Positions 5,829 to 14,651 of a DNA stretch of 23,550 nucleotides are shown here, one piece after another; positions within the stretch are counted from its first letter, which is position 1, and every line of letters begins with the position of its first letter. The position numbers were made by a program, and so were the translations under genes. This stretch comes from a virus. The stretch is from IMG/VR virus record IMGVR_UViG_3300028025_003977, positions 1 through 23,550 of that record; one strand, written 5' to 3'. The notes below the pieces were generated by a model. It was not told where the DNA came from. It ran no database searches and worked only from the letters and a program-made list of their open reading frames with translations.

Positions 5829-7772
5829 ATGACTTATGTTTTACCCACCGCTTATCAGCAGGTAATTCACAAAACACGATATGCACGATGGATGGAAACA
5901 GAGAATCGTAGAGAGAATTGGGACGAAACAGTAAGTCGTTACACTACATACATGTTTGAAGCATTGGAAAAGCATAATGGATATTCTATGTCTGACAAGA
6001 TTAAGAAACAAATTTCAGAGGCTATTTTAACAACTAGGGTAATGCCATCCATGAGAGGTTTAATGACCGCTGGACCTGCCTTAGATCGTGATAGCACATG
6101 CCTCTACAACTGCTCCTACCTTCCAGTAGATTCTCTCCGATCCTTTGATGAAGCTATGTATATTCTTATGTGTGGAACTGGTGTTGGATATTCAGTAGAG
6201 TCACGTTATGTAAATCAGTTACCAGAAATCTCCGAACATTTTGAAAAAACAGATACCACTATTGTTGTAGAAGATTCCAAAGCAGGATGGGCTCGATCAT
6301 TAAAAGAACTTCTTGCACTTTTGTGGCAAGGTCAAATTCCATCTTGGGACATGTCTCAGGTTCGTCCTGCAGGTGCTCGTCTTAAAACATTCGGTGGTCG
6401 TGCATCTGGTCCAGATCCATTAGATCGTTTATTTAAGTTTTCCATTGCAATTGTTAAGGGTGCAGCAGGTAGAAAGCTTACACCACTAGAGGCACATGAC
6501 TTAATGTGTAAGATTGCAGAAGTTGTGGTTGTTGGTGGAGTTCGTAGATCAGCAATGATTTCGCTTTCAGACCTAGAAGATAGAAACATGGCAGCAGCAA
6601 AGTCTGGTTCATGGTGGGAATATTCAGGTCAAAGAGCTCTTGCAAATAACTCTGCAGTTTATGGGTCTCGTCCAACGATGGAAGTATTTATGGATGAATG
6701 GAAAGCCCTATATGACTCAAAGTCAGGAGAACGTGGAATATTTAGTCGTGCTGCAGCACAAAATGTTGCAGAAAAAAATGGTCGCAGAGATCACACAGTA
6801 GATTTTGGAACAAACCCTTGTTCTGAGATTATTCTTCGTCCTTACCAGTTTTGTAACCTTACAGAAGTAATTGTTAGAGATACAGATACTTTAGAAGAGT
6901 TAAAAGACAAAGTTGAATTAGCAACTATTCTTGGAACTGTTCAATCTTCGTTTACCCGTTTTAAGTATTTAAGAAAAATCTGGCAGAAGAACTCAGAAGA
7001 AGAAAGTTTACTTGGTGTCTCACTCACAGGTCAATTGTCACACCCTGTCCTAAATGGATCTAGGGGCGTAGAAGAACTTTCTAAGTGGCTTGATGAAATG
7101 CGTGACCATGCAGTTAAGGTTAATGCAAAATGGGCTAAAGAAATTGGTGTAAACCAGGCAGCAGCAATTACATGCGTTAAGCCATCTGGTACAGTTTCAC
7201 AGCTAGTAAATGCATCTTCAGGAATGCACCCTTGGCATTCACAATATTACACTCGTACAATTCGTGGAGACATGAAAGACCCAATTACATCATTCCTTGT
7301 AGATATGGGAATTAAGCATGAGCCAGACGTAATGAAGCCAAACGACACAATGGTTTTTTCATTTCCAATTGCTGCTCCAGAAGGAGCAACTCTTCGTCAG
7401 GACCTAACTGCAGTTCAACATTTAGATATTTGGCTTACATATCAAAGACACTGGGCAGAGCATAAGCCTTCTATTACCGTTTCTGTTAAAGAAAGTGAAT
7501 GGATGGCAGTAGGTGCTTGGGTATATGAACACATTGATGAAATGTCAGGTGTTTCTTTCTTGCCTTATTCAGAGCATACATATCAACAAGCACCATATCA
7601 AGAATGCACAAAGGAAGAATACGAATCATTAGTTTCTGAAACTCCAGCAGACCTTGATTGGAAATGGTTAGAGATTTATGAAACATTTGACGGAACTACT
7701 AGTGTTCAAGATCTTGCATGTGTTGCAGGGGCTTGTGATATAAGTGATTTTGGTACCGCTAAAACTGTATAA
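5829..7772 (+). CDS. nrdJ: Class II adenosylcobalamin-dependent ribonucleotide reductase (monomeric RTPR type)
   Basis: MPSMR, YNCS, GTGVGYS, VVVGGVRRSAMI, TNPCSEI (thiyl Cys), CNLTE, TCVKPSGT and a C-terminal CVAGAC pair. Start moved to ATG 5829 (SD GGAG 5816-5819). No intein-sized insert. Confidence 0.95.
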   Translation: MTYVLPTAYQQVIHKTRYARWMETENRRENWDETVSRYTTYMFEALEKHNGYSMSDKIKKQISEAILTTRVMPSMRGLMTAGPALDRDSTCLYNCSYLPVDSLRSFDEAMYILMCGTGVGYSVESRYVNQLPEISEHFEKTDTTIVVEDSKAGWARSLKELLALLWQGQIPSWDMSQVRPAGARLKTFGGRASGPDPLDRLFKFSIAIVKGAAGRKLTPLEAHDLMCKIAEVVVVGGVRRSAMISLSDLEDRNMAAAKSGSWWEYSGQRALANNSAVYGSRPTMEVFMDEWKALYDSKSGERGIFSRAAAQNVAEKNGRRDHTVDFGTNPCSEIILRPYQFCNLTEVIVRDTDTLEELKDKVELATILGTVQSSFTRFKYLRKIWQKNSEEESLLGVSLTGQLSHPVLNGSRGVEELSKWLDEMRDHAVKVNAKWAKEIGVNQAAAITCVKPSGTVSQLVNASSGMHPWHSQYYTRTIRGDMKDPITSFLVDMGIKHEPDVMKPNDTMVFSFPIAAPEGATLRQDLTAVQHLDIWLTYQRHWAEHKPSITVSVKESEWMAVGAWVYEHIDEMSGVSFLPYSEHTYQQAPYQECTKEEYESLVSETPADLDWKWLEIYETFDGTTSVQDLACVAGACDISDFGTAKTV

Positions 7773-7788
7773 TGTATAAGAGGTACCT

Positions 7789-10700
7789 ATGTCTTATTCA
7801 ACTCTTATAATGCGAGATAATCCAGATACCGTCTGGGCTTTAGATGAGCCAGATGGCATATCTGATGTTGTTGCAGATGGATTTAAAGGTGCAAGTGCAA
7901 ATGGTGCATACAATTCTGGTAAATTTTTTAAAGGAAGAATACCCATAACATATTCTGGAACAGTTTCTGTAAATAATGCTGGTGCTTGGAGCACAAATGA
8001 TTATGCCACAGATAATAACTTATTTTATGTTCCTTCTCAAGGAATGTTTTCTGCCTCAAGTCAAAAGAAAAACCTGTCTTTTGAGTTTTGGATGAATTTA
8101 GAGCTTCCAGAAAACTTTGATAGATTAGACGAAAACATTATTTTTGGAGAATCTGCAATAGTTAAACTTCAAGGAGAAAACACCAACTATGGAAACTCAA
8201 ATACTGGAGTTTACATTAAAAATTTTGAATATTTAGTTTTTAAGGTTGGAGACTACGGGAAGTACCTTTATGAATCAGAAGTCCATGTTGAAAACTTTAA
8301 TGCTCCACTTCATGTTGTTTGTTTATACAGCCCAACTTCAATTCAAATTGTTGTTAATGGAAAAGCTGGAAGAAAAGTAGTAATTGAAAAAGACTTGTTT
8401 TTAACAAAACCAGGTGCAGAATCAGAAAGAAAATTTAATTTTAAATTTCCAGCACCACTAACATCTTCTGCTCCCCCATTTTTAGCAGTATCTTTTGACA
8501 CAATCGCAACTTATAATTATCAGCTAACAACTGATCTTTGCAAAATACATTATGTTTATGGTCTTGGATATTCGATTAATAAAACATTATCAGCAAATTA
8601 TGGAGGAACTTCGTATGACTTAACTATGCAAGCAACTGCACCAGTAAAAGCTGTTGATTATTACAGCAGTTCTACATGGAATCCTTCAACTATTTATAAT
8701 AGACTAGAGTTTGTTAATGATAATTTAGTAACAAAATCTCAGCCACCAGTTAGTTTATATTTATCTTCTAATAGTGGAGTAACAAAGTCAAATATGTTTG
8801 GAACAGAGTCAAATGTTGACTATCTTCAATTTCCAGACAATGCATATTCCTATGCTGAAGTTTCAAATTACGAAAGAATAACAGATAGTAAAACTTCTGG
8901 AGTTTCTTTTAAGTTTTCAATTCCTTCAACAGGTCACGGAAGCAATGAGCAGCAACTTTTTTATATTGGTTCAAAGTCTTCTAATAGTTCAATTTCAGCA
9001 ACAATTACTGGAACCATTGTAAATATTACACAGTCAATAAATGGAAATACTCCAACGCAAATGCTTTCTGGAAGTGGGGGAAGCTTTGTTTTACAAGGAA
9101 ATACTTTTGTAATATCGTTATATGTTTTAAGTGATGGAAAAATAAAAGTTGGAATTAAAGACTCAAGCACTGGAATAGATCAAACAACATCAACCATTAG
9201 AAGCATTTTTCCACTTCAAGATGCCTATATAAGAGTGGGTACAGCACCAGTATTTTTTAATGAAAATATTCCTTCAAATATTACTGTTGGACAGACAAAA
9301 AGGTTTGACGGAAAACTTTGGCAAATAGATATTCACAATCAAGATTTGACTGGAATTACAAATATTTCTCAATATCCAGCTAAATATAAAACTTTACTTT
9401 ACCAGGCTTATCCAATAAAAACAGAAGAAAGATTTGGAATCTCTGTCAATGGAACATTTGAATTTGGATTCTCCCTATCTGATTTAGTTGAAACTCAATT
9501 TTTAGAAACATCAGTTAATGATATTAAGGTTCCAATAGCAGTAGACTTAGGATCAAACATAGCTGACGTTAAATATACTTTAGAAAAAGTTGTTAATGGC
9601 GTTACAACAGAAATTATATCCTCTGCAAACGCAGTAGATCTTAGGTATCTTCATATTCCACATTTTGCAAGCTCTCCTCCAAAAGTTAAAGAGCTTTACT
9701 TTAACGTAAAAGGAACTTTAAAGTCTTTTGATAATGAAAGATATCCTGGTTCTTTAAATTATTTAAGAATCTATTCTTATAATGCAAAAACAGATGACTC
9801 TTTAAAGTATTTAGAAATTAATACTGATAGCAGGGGGTCAAACCCTAGAATTTATACTCAGGTATCTAGTTCTGTTCAAACTCCATTTAAAAAAATTGCA
9901 GATGTAAAAGCAAAAACAGATCTTTACAGATCATTTAATACTGGAATTCAAGTAGGGTCTATTGGATCTGGAGTTTATGAAAAATCAAATTATGTTAGCT
10001 TGCCTCTAACAACAACTCCAACAAATGGAAACTTAACTTATTTTTCTGTAATGTTTGCTGCCAGGGCAAAATCTGGAGTTACAGATATTAATTTACTAAA
10101 GTATGGAACTACAGAAATAAAATGGTCAACTAGAGAATCTGGGGTGTTGCATCCTAGCACTGGCACAGCAAAGCTTTATATCAACGGAGACCCTTATGAC
10201 TCAGCAAAAACATACAACATTAATGTTTGGAACCATTATGCTATTGTATTTAATGAAGGCAATGCTATTCCAAACACAAATCCTTTAATTTTTGGATTTG
10301 GAGGAAGTGCTTGGCAATTAGATAATCTTTTAATAACAAGTGGAAGACCAACTGCAAATGCTGTAAAAAGAATTTACAGTAATGCATTTAGTATATATGT
10401 TGAAAGAAGAGGGTATGGATCGTCCAGTCAAGTTGCAATGTACATAAACGACTCTGACCTTACTTCTTCAAGAGGAACTTTTCAGCCTCTTTCAAATCAA
10501 GCTTCATTTTCTAGTCAACACATAGATGTTGCTTCAAATCAAGCATATTCTATTTCTCAATTGTCTGGAAGCAATTACAGGCTAAATTATTCTGGAATTG
10601 AAGATTTAACTAGAGTAGATGGACTTCAATTGGCTGTAGGAACGGTTGTTTTATTCAAAGATCAAGGATCCAATAATTCTCTTAATGGGATATATCAGGT

Positions 10701-10914
10701 TACTGCTATTACTTCTCCATATATTTTTATTACAAAACTTTCAAATCCATCAAACTTTCAGGTTGTTTATGTTGCTGGCGGAAAAGATAATAAAAACTAC
10801 TATTTTATAAGAGATAATTTAAATAATTACACAAGAGATATTGTTCAAAGAAAAGTTGTTAGTTACAAGCCTACTGCCACTCCATCAGCATCAACAAGAA
10901 TTCCAGAAAGATAA
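7789..10914 (+). CDS. Large LamG/concanavalin A-like domain virion protein
   Basis: N-terminal SY...DNP...W-x-LDE, SFEFW, HVV-x-x-Y, VNG and a later LYING...WNHYAI, all LamG-like; SD GAGG 7780-7783. Confidence 0.7.
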   Translation: MSYSTLIMRDNPDTVWALDEPDGISDVVADGFKGASANGAYNSGKFFKGRIPITYSGTVSVNNAGAWSTNDYATDNNLFYVPSQGMFSASSQKKNLSFEFWMNLELPENFDRLDENIIFGESAIVKLQGENTNYGNSNTGVYIKNFEYLVFKVGDYGKYLYESEVHVENFNAPLHVVCLYSPTSIQIVVNGKAGRKVVIEKDLFLTKPGAESERKFNFKFPAPLTSSAPPFLAVSFDTIATYNYQLTTDLCKIHYVYGLGYSINKTLSANYGGTSYDLTMQATAPVKAVDYYSSSTWNPSTIYNRLEFVNDNLVTKSQPPVSLYLSSNSGVTKSNMFGTESNVDYLQFPDNAYSYAEVSNYERITDSKTSGVSFKFSIPSTGHGSNEQQLFYIGSKSSNSSISATITGTIVNITQSINGNTPTQMLSGSGGSFVLQGNTFVISLYVLSDGKIKVGIKDSSTGIDQTTSTIRSIFPLQDAYIRVGTAPVFFNENIPSNITVGQTKRFDGKLWQIDIHNQDLTGITNISQYPAKYKTLLYQAYPIKTEERFGISVNGTFEFGFSLSDLVETQFLETSVNDIKVPIAVDLGSNIADVKYTLEKVVNGVTTEIISSANAVDLRYLHIPHFASSPPKVKELYFNVKGTLKSFDNERYPGSLNYLRIYSYNAKTDDSLKYLEINTDSRGSNPRIYTQVSSSVQTPFKKIADVKAKTDLYRSFNTGIQVGSIGSGVYEKSNYVSLPLTTTPTNGNLTYFSVMFAARAKSGVTDINLLKYGTTEIKWSTRESGVLHPSTGTAKLYINGDPYDSAKTYNINVWNHYAIVFNEGNAIPNTNPLIFGFGGSAWQLDNLLITSGRPTANAVKRIYSNAFSIYVERRGYGSSSQVAMYINDSDLTSSRGTFQPLSNQASFSSQHIDVASNQAYSISQLSGSNYRLNYSGIEDLTRVDGLQLAVGTVVLFKDQGSNNSLNGIYQVTAITSPYIFITKLSNPSNFQVVYVAGGKDNKNYYFIRDNLNNYTRDIVQRKVVSYKPTATPSASTRIPER

Positions 10915-10935
10915 TTAGCAACTTGGTCTTGATTG

Positions 10936-10944
10936 TGGTATCAT
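10936..10944 (+). promoter_or_regulatory. Extended -10 promoter, leaderless
   Basis: TGGTATCAT-TGTGGT-ATG(10951); same 6-nt YGTGGT spacer as at 3021-3026. Confidence 0.65.
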
Positions 10945-10950
10945 TGTGGT

Positions 10951-11283
10951 ATGTCAAAATCAAATAACAAGCTAAGTGTTGTAGAAAGCAAGTCATCTCT
11001 TGGAATTTATGTATGGATCCTGCCAAATGGAGAACCATTTATGGACAATGATGGCAATACTCTAAATGTCCCATCCATTCAGTATGATATTTCAAAAATG
11101 AAAGCACTTGCAGATGCTGCAGCATATTGGGGTAAGCCAGAAGGAACTGCAAAATTTATGCCTGGAGTTGGCAGAGCAACAGATACACAGGCTAGAGAAG
11201 ATATTGAAAGAATGGCTGAAGGATTGACACCTTATGGCGATACAGAAAACTGGAGAGAGTTGTTTAGCAATGGAAGAAAATAA
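10951..11283 (+). CDS. Hypothetical phage protein upstream of portal
   Basis: Start moved to ATG 10951 (leaderless); globular-looking 110 aa overlapping the portal start. Confidence 0.75.
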   Translation: MSKSNNKLSVVESKSSLGIYVWILPNGEPFMDNDGNTLNVPSIQYDISKMKALADAAAYWGKPEGTAKFMPGVGRATDTQAREDIERMAEGLTPYGDTENWRELFSNGRK

Positions 11284-12832
11284 TAGAGAAGTAAGTGGAG
11301 TAAAGCTTTTTTCAACACCTAAGGCAGATTCCCCTTGGACTGGATCAGATGAATTTAAAAAGTCTGGGGATGAAATTCTTTCTCTTTCTGGTCTTAGCCA
11401 CAATTTTCGCAGATCCGCAAAGCGTAGATTAGAAAAAGCAGACAACAATGAGTTAAGTGGTCAAGGTGCATCATCTAAGCAAATGATTCCAGACAAGTAC
11501 GGGTATGGTCTATTTGATGTAATTGAACCTCCATACAATTTGTCTTCGTTAGCAAAGATTTTTGAAGTATCTTCTGCAAACTATGCTGCTATCCAGGCAA
11601 AAGTTTCTAACATTGTTGGTCTTGGATACGAACTTCAAGAAACCTTGCAGGTTCAACAAAGATTTGAAGAAATGACAGATATGGATCAACTTGCTCGTGC
11701 AAGAAGAAAAATGGAAAGAGTCAAGTTAGAGGTAACAGAATGGATTGAGTCTCGCAATGACGATGATACATTTACTGCTACTTTGATGAAAGCATACATT
11801 GACAAAGAAGCTACTGGAAATGGATACCTAGAAATTGGTAGAACTTCTGCTGGAGAAATTGGATACATTGGTCACATTCCAGCAGCAACAATGCGTATTA
11901 GAAGACTTCGTGATGGATTTGTTCAGATCGTAAATGGTAAAGCAGTATTCTTTAGAAACTTTCAGGATGTAAGTCAGCCAAATCCAGTTGGTGCAGATCC
12001 TCGTCCAAACGAAATTATTCACCTAAAGGAATATACTCCAACTAATACTTATTACGGAATTCCACCAATTGTAACTGCTAAAAATGCAATGGCTGGAAAC
12101 GAATTTGCATCAAAGTATAATTTAGAATACTTTGAAAACAAGGCAGTTCCTAGATATATTTTCTGGTTAAAGGGTGCAAAGTTTACCCCAGAAGCAGAGC
12201 AAAAACTATTTGAATTTATGCAAAATAACATGCGTGGTCAAAACCACAGAACAGTGGTCGTACCGCTACCTGCTGACGATGGTGTAAATAAAGTAGAAAT
12301 GAAAATGGAAGCAATTGAAAATGGTATCCAAGACTCTTCATTTAACAACTATAGAAGAGCAAATCGTGAAGAAATTCTTATGGCTCACAGAACCCCAATT
12401 TCTAAAATTGGATCTGCAGAAAACATTTCTCTTGCAAATGCTCGTGAATCAGATAGAACATTTAAAGAGCAAGTATGTAGACCACAGCAGGATATCTTAG
12501 AAAAAAAGGTTAATAGAATTATTGCTGAAAAGACTGATATGTTTAAGCTTCACTTTAAGGAGCTAACCCTTACTGACGAAGATACACAATCAAAGATTGA
12601 TGAAAGATATCTTAGAATGCAGGTTGTAATGCCAAATGAAGTTAGACCAAGACTTGGACTTCCTCCAATTACTGGTGGAGATGAACCAGTAGACTTAAAG
12701 CCACAACAAGCAGCAGATCAAACAGCAAGAGCAACTGGAAACAGAAGAAGAGATCAGGAAAGAACTGGTAATGCTGCAGACTCAGGAACTGGTGCAAGAG
12801 CAACCCAAGGTGAAGGTAGACAACAGCAATAG
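11270..12832 (+). CDS. Phage portal protein (HK97/PBSX-like)
   Basis: IEPPY, K-x-SNIVGLGY, TGNGYLEI, NEIIH, YYGIP, YFENKAVP, PNEVR-x-x-LGL-x-P-x-x-GGD. Start ATG 11270 is preferred; 11234 is possible. Confidence 0.92.
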   Translation: MEENNREVSGVKLFSTPKADSPWTGSDEFKKSGDEILSLSGLSHNFRRSAKRRLEKADNNELSGQGASSKQMIPDKYGYGLFDVIEPPYNLSSLAKIFEVSSANYAAIQAKVSNIVGLGYELQETLQVQQRFEEMTDMDQLARARRKMERVKLEVTEWIESRNDDDTFTATLMKAYIDKEATGNGYLEIGRTSAGEIGYIGHIPAATMRIRRLRDGFVQIVNGKAVFFRNFQDVSQPNPVGADPRPNEIIHLKEYTPTNTYYGIPPIVTAKNAMAGNEFASKYNLEYFENKAVPRYIFWLKGAKFTPEAEQKLFEFMQNNMRGQNHRTVVVPLPADDGVNKVEMKMEAIENGIQDSSFNNYRRANREEILMAHRTPISKIGSAENISLANARESDRTFKEQVCRPQQDILEKKVNRIIAEKTDMFKLHFKELTLTDEDTQSKIDERYLRMQVVMPNEVRPRLGLPPITGGDEPVDLKPQQAADQTARATGNRRRDQERTGNAADSGTGARATQGEGRQQQ

Positions 12833-12870
12833 CAGTTATAATAACAAAAGTGTTATATAATAAGAATGCT

Positions 12871-14628
12871 ATGGTAGATTTACAAAAGGCTTCATTATCT
12901 ACTAATGGTCAGCAGGTAACGCTGACAATGCCTATCTCAAAAGTTGATGTAGAGAAGAGAATAGTCTCTGGCTTTGCAACACTTGATAATATTGATCGTC
13001 AAGGTGATCGTGTTTCTGCTGACGCATCTCAAAAAGCATTTGAAAATTTTAGAGGAAATGTTCGCCTCATGCACCAGCCAATTCCTGCTGGCAAAGTAGT
13101 AAATTTTAGAACAGAAACATTTTTTGACCAAGCAACAAACAAGCAGTATAGCGGAGTATTTGTAGATACATATATCTCAAAAGGTGCCTCAGATATCTGG
13201 GAAATGGTTCTTGACGGAACACTTACTGGTTTTTCAATTGGTGGAGCAGTAAAAGATTCAGACAACGTATATGATCCAGAACTAGAGCATACAGTTAGAA
13301 TTATTAAAGACTACGATCTGGTTGAATTATCACTTGTAGATTCACCAGCAAATCAATTAGCAAATATTTTTTCAATTCAAAAAACCAATACCGTAGCAGA
13401 AGGAATTTTTGAAAAGTCCCATATTGACAATGTTTTTTGGTGCGAAACAGATGGTGTTGCATTTACTGGAGAGTCAGAGTCTAAAGATTGTGCACTATGC
13501 AACAAGAATCTTGATTCAATTGGGTGGGTAGAGACCATGGAAGGCGAAGACATTTCAAAGGCAATTGCAAAAGCACTAGACTCACACTTTGAAAAGTCTA
13601 ATAATGTAATTACAAGTGAAGATACTCCAAAGAAGTATCCAAAACAATCAAGAAGATTTTCTGATATTCAAACTGAAGTTAAATACAAAGACAAAGATAA
13701 AGATGATGTTAAGAAATCATCATTTTCTGTTGGAGATTTTGTTCAGTGGGGATCATCTGGTGGCACCGCTCGTGGTAAGGTAACAAGAGTAGTAACTAAT
13801 GGTAAAATTAATGTACCTAACTCGTCTGTAACTGTAACTGGAACTCCAGAAGATCCTGCAGTTGTTATTACTGTTTATAGAAAAGAAGGAAATTCGTGGA
13901 AACCAACGGAAACAAAGGTTGGACATAAAATGAAAACTTTAAGGTCTTGGAACGCAAAGGTTAAAAAATTCTTTGGCATTCCTACAAAAGAATTGCTGTC
14001 TGAAGAGACAGTAGATAAGGCAATTGGAACAGATATCCAAATTGAGTCAGTTGCCACCAAAAATAATGAAGGAGGTGTTATCGTGGCTGATAATGAAGAA
14101 GTAACAACTGAAGAAGTTGTTGAAGTAGACGAAGTAGTTGAAGGTGCAGAAGATGTTGTAGAAACACAAGAAGCCCCTGAAGCTGAAGAAGCAGTAGCTG
14201 AAGAAGCTCCTGTAGAAGAGGCTGCTACAGAAGAATCTGTAGAAAAGTCAGATGAGGTTGCCACTGACGCTTCCACCGAAAATAACGGTGAAGCGATTGA
14301 CTTGGTAAAGGCATTGGACGAAATCAAAGATTTTATTTCTGCAACTGTACTGGAAGGTACAGCTAAAAATGCAGAATCTGTAAATGCTGTTGCAAAGAGT
14401 GTTGCAGACGTAACTAGTTCTTTTGCAACAAAGCAAGAAGAGCTGTCAAAGACTCTAGCTGAGGTTCAAGAAACCATTTCACAGATTATTAATCGTGTGG
14501 ACGCAGTTGAGTCAGATACAGCAGTAAAGAAGTCTGGAGAATTGGAAAATGCTCCAGAAAATAATTCCACATTGAAGAAGTCAATGTGGGGCGGGCGTTT
14601 CCTCGGTTCCGCAGAATATATTAACTAA
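12871..14628 (+). CDS. Prohead (capsid maturation) protease fused to a Zn-finger, Tudor-like insert and acidic scaffold region
   Basis: HK97-type protease motifs VSGFAT-x-x-N-x-D-x-QGD, LMH, GFSIGG, ELSLVDSPAN in the first ~170 aa. Start moved to ATG 12871 (downstream of TGTTATATAAT). Confidence 0.9.
   Translation: MVDLQKASLSTNGQQVTLTMPISKVDVEKRIVSGFATLDNIDRQGDRVSADASQKAFENFRGNVRLMHQPIPAGKVVNFRTETFFDQATNKQYSGVFVDTYISKGASDIWEMVLDGTLTGFSIGGAVKDSDNVYDPELEHTVRIIKDYDLVELSLVDSPANQLANIFSIQKTNTVAEGIFEKSHIDNVFWCETDGVAFTGESESKDCALCNKNLDSIGWVETMEGEDISKAIAKALDSHFEKSNNVITSEDTPKKYPKQSRRFSDIQTEVKYKDKDKDDVKKSSFSVGDFVQWGSSGGTARGKVTRVVTNGKINVPNSSVTVTGTPEDPAVVITVYRKEGNSWKPTETKVGHKMKTLRSWNAKVKKFFGIPTKELLSEETVDKAIGTDIQIESVATKNNEGGVIVADNEEVTTEEVVEVDEVVEGAEDVVETQEAPEAEEAVAEEAPVEEAATEESVEKSDEVATDASTENNGEAIDLVKALDEIKDFISATVLEGTAKNAESVNAVAKSVADVTSSFATKQEELSKTLAEVQETISQIINRVDAVESDTAVKKSGELENAPENNSTLKKSMWGGRFLGSAEYIN
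14083..14628 (+). CDS. Nested in-frame scaffolding protein (internal start)
   Basis: Strong SD AAGGAGGTG (14069-14077) 5 nt before an in-frame GTG at 14083, exactly where the Glu-rich/coiled-coil region begins; 181 aa. Confidence 0.7.
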   Translation: MADNEEVTTEEVVEVDEVVEGAEDVVETQEAPEAEEAVAEEAPVEEAATEESVEKSDEVATDASTENNGEAIDLVKALDEIKDFISATVLEGTAKNAESVNAVAKSVADVTSSFATKQEELSKTLAEVQETISQIINRVDAVESDTAVKKSGELENAPENNSTLKKSMWGGRFLGSAEYIN

Positions 14629-14651
14629 GAAAAGGTGGTGAAAAATAAAAA

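Noticed and set aside
5829-7772. Intein or group I intron in nrdJ
   Set aside because: The ORF is continuous, of normal monomeric class II length, with no intein splice motifs seen.
13875-14327. 150-aa Ser-rich minus-strand ORF
   Set aside because: Antisense mirror of GAA-rich scaffold codons.
14585-14613. GC-rich hairpin before the capsid gene as a standalone ncRNA
   Set aside because: The GC content is explained by the coded WGGRFLGSA scaffold terminus, and the stem depends on several G-U pairs.
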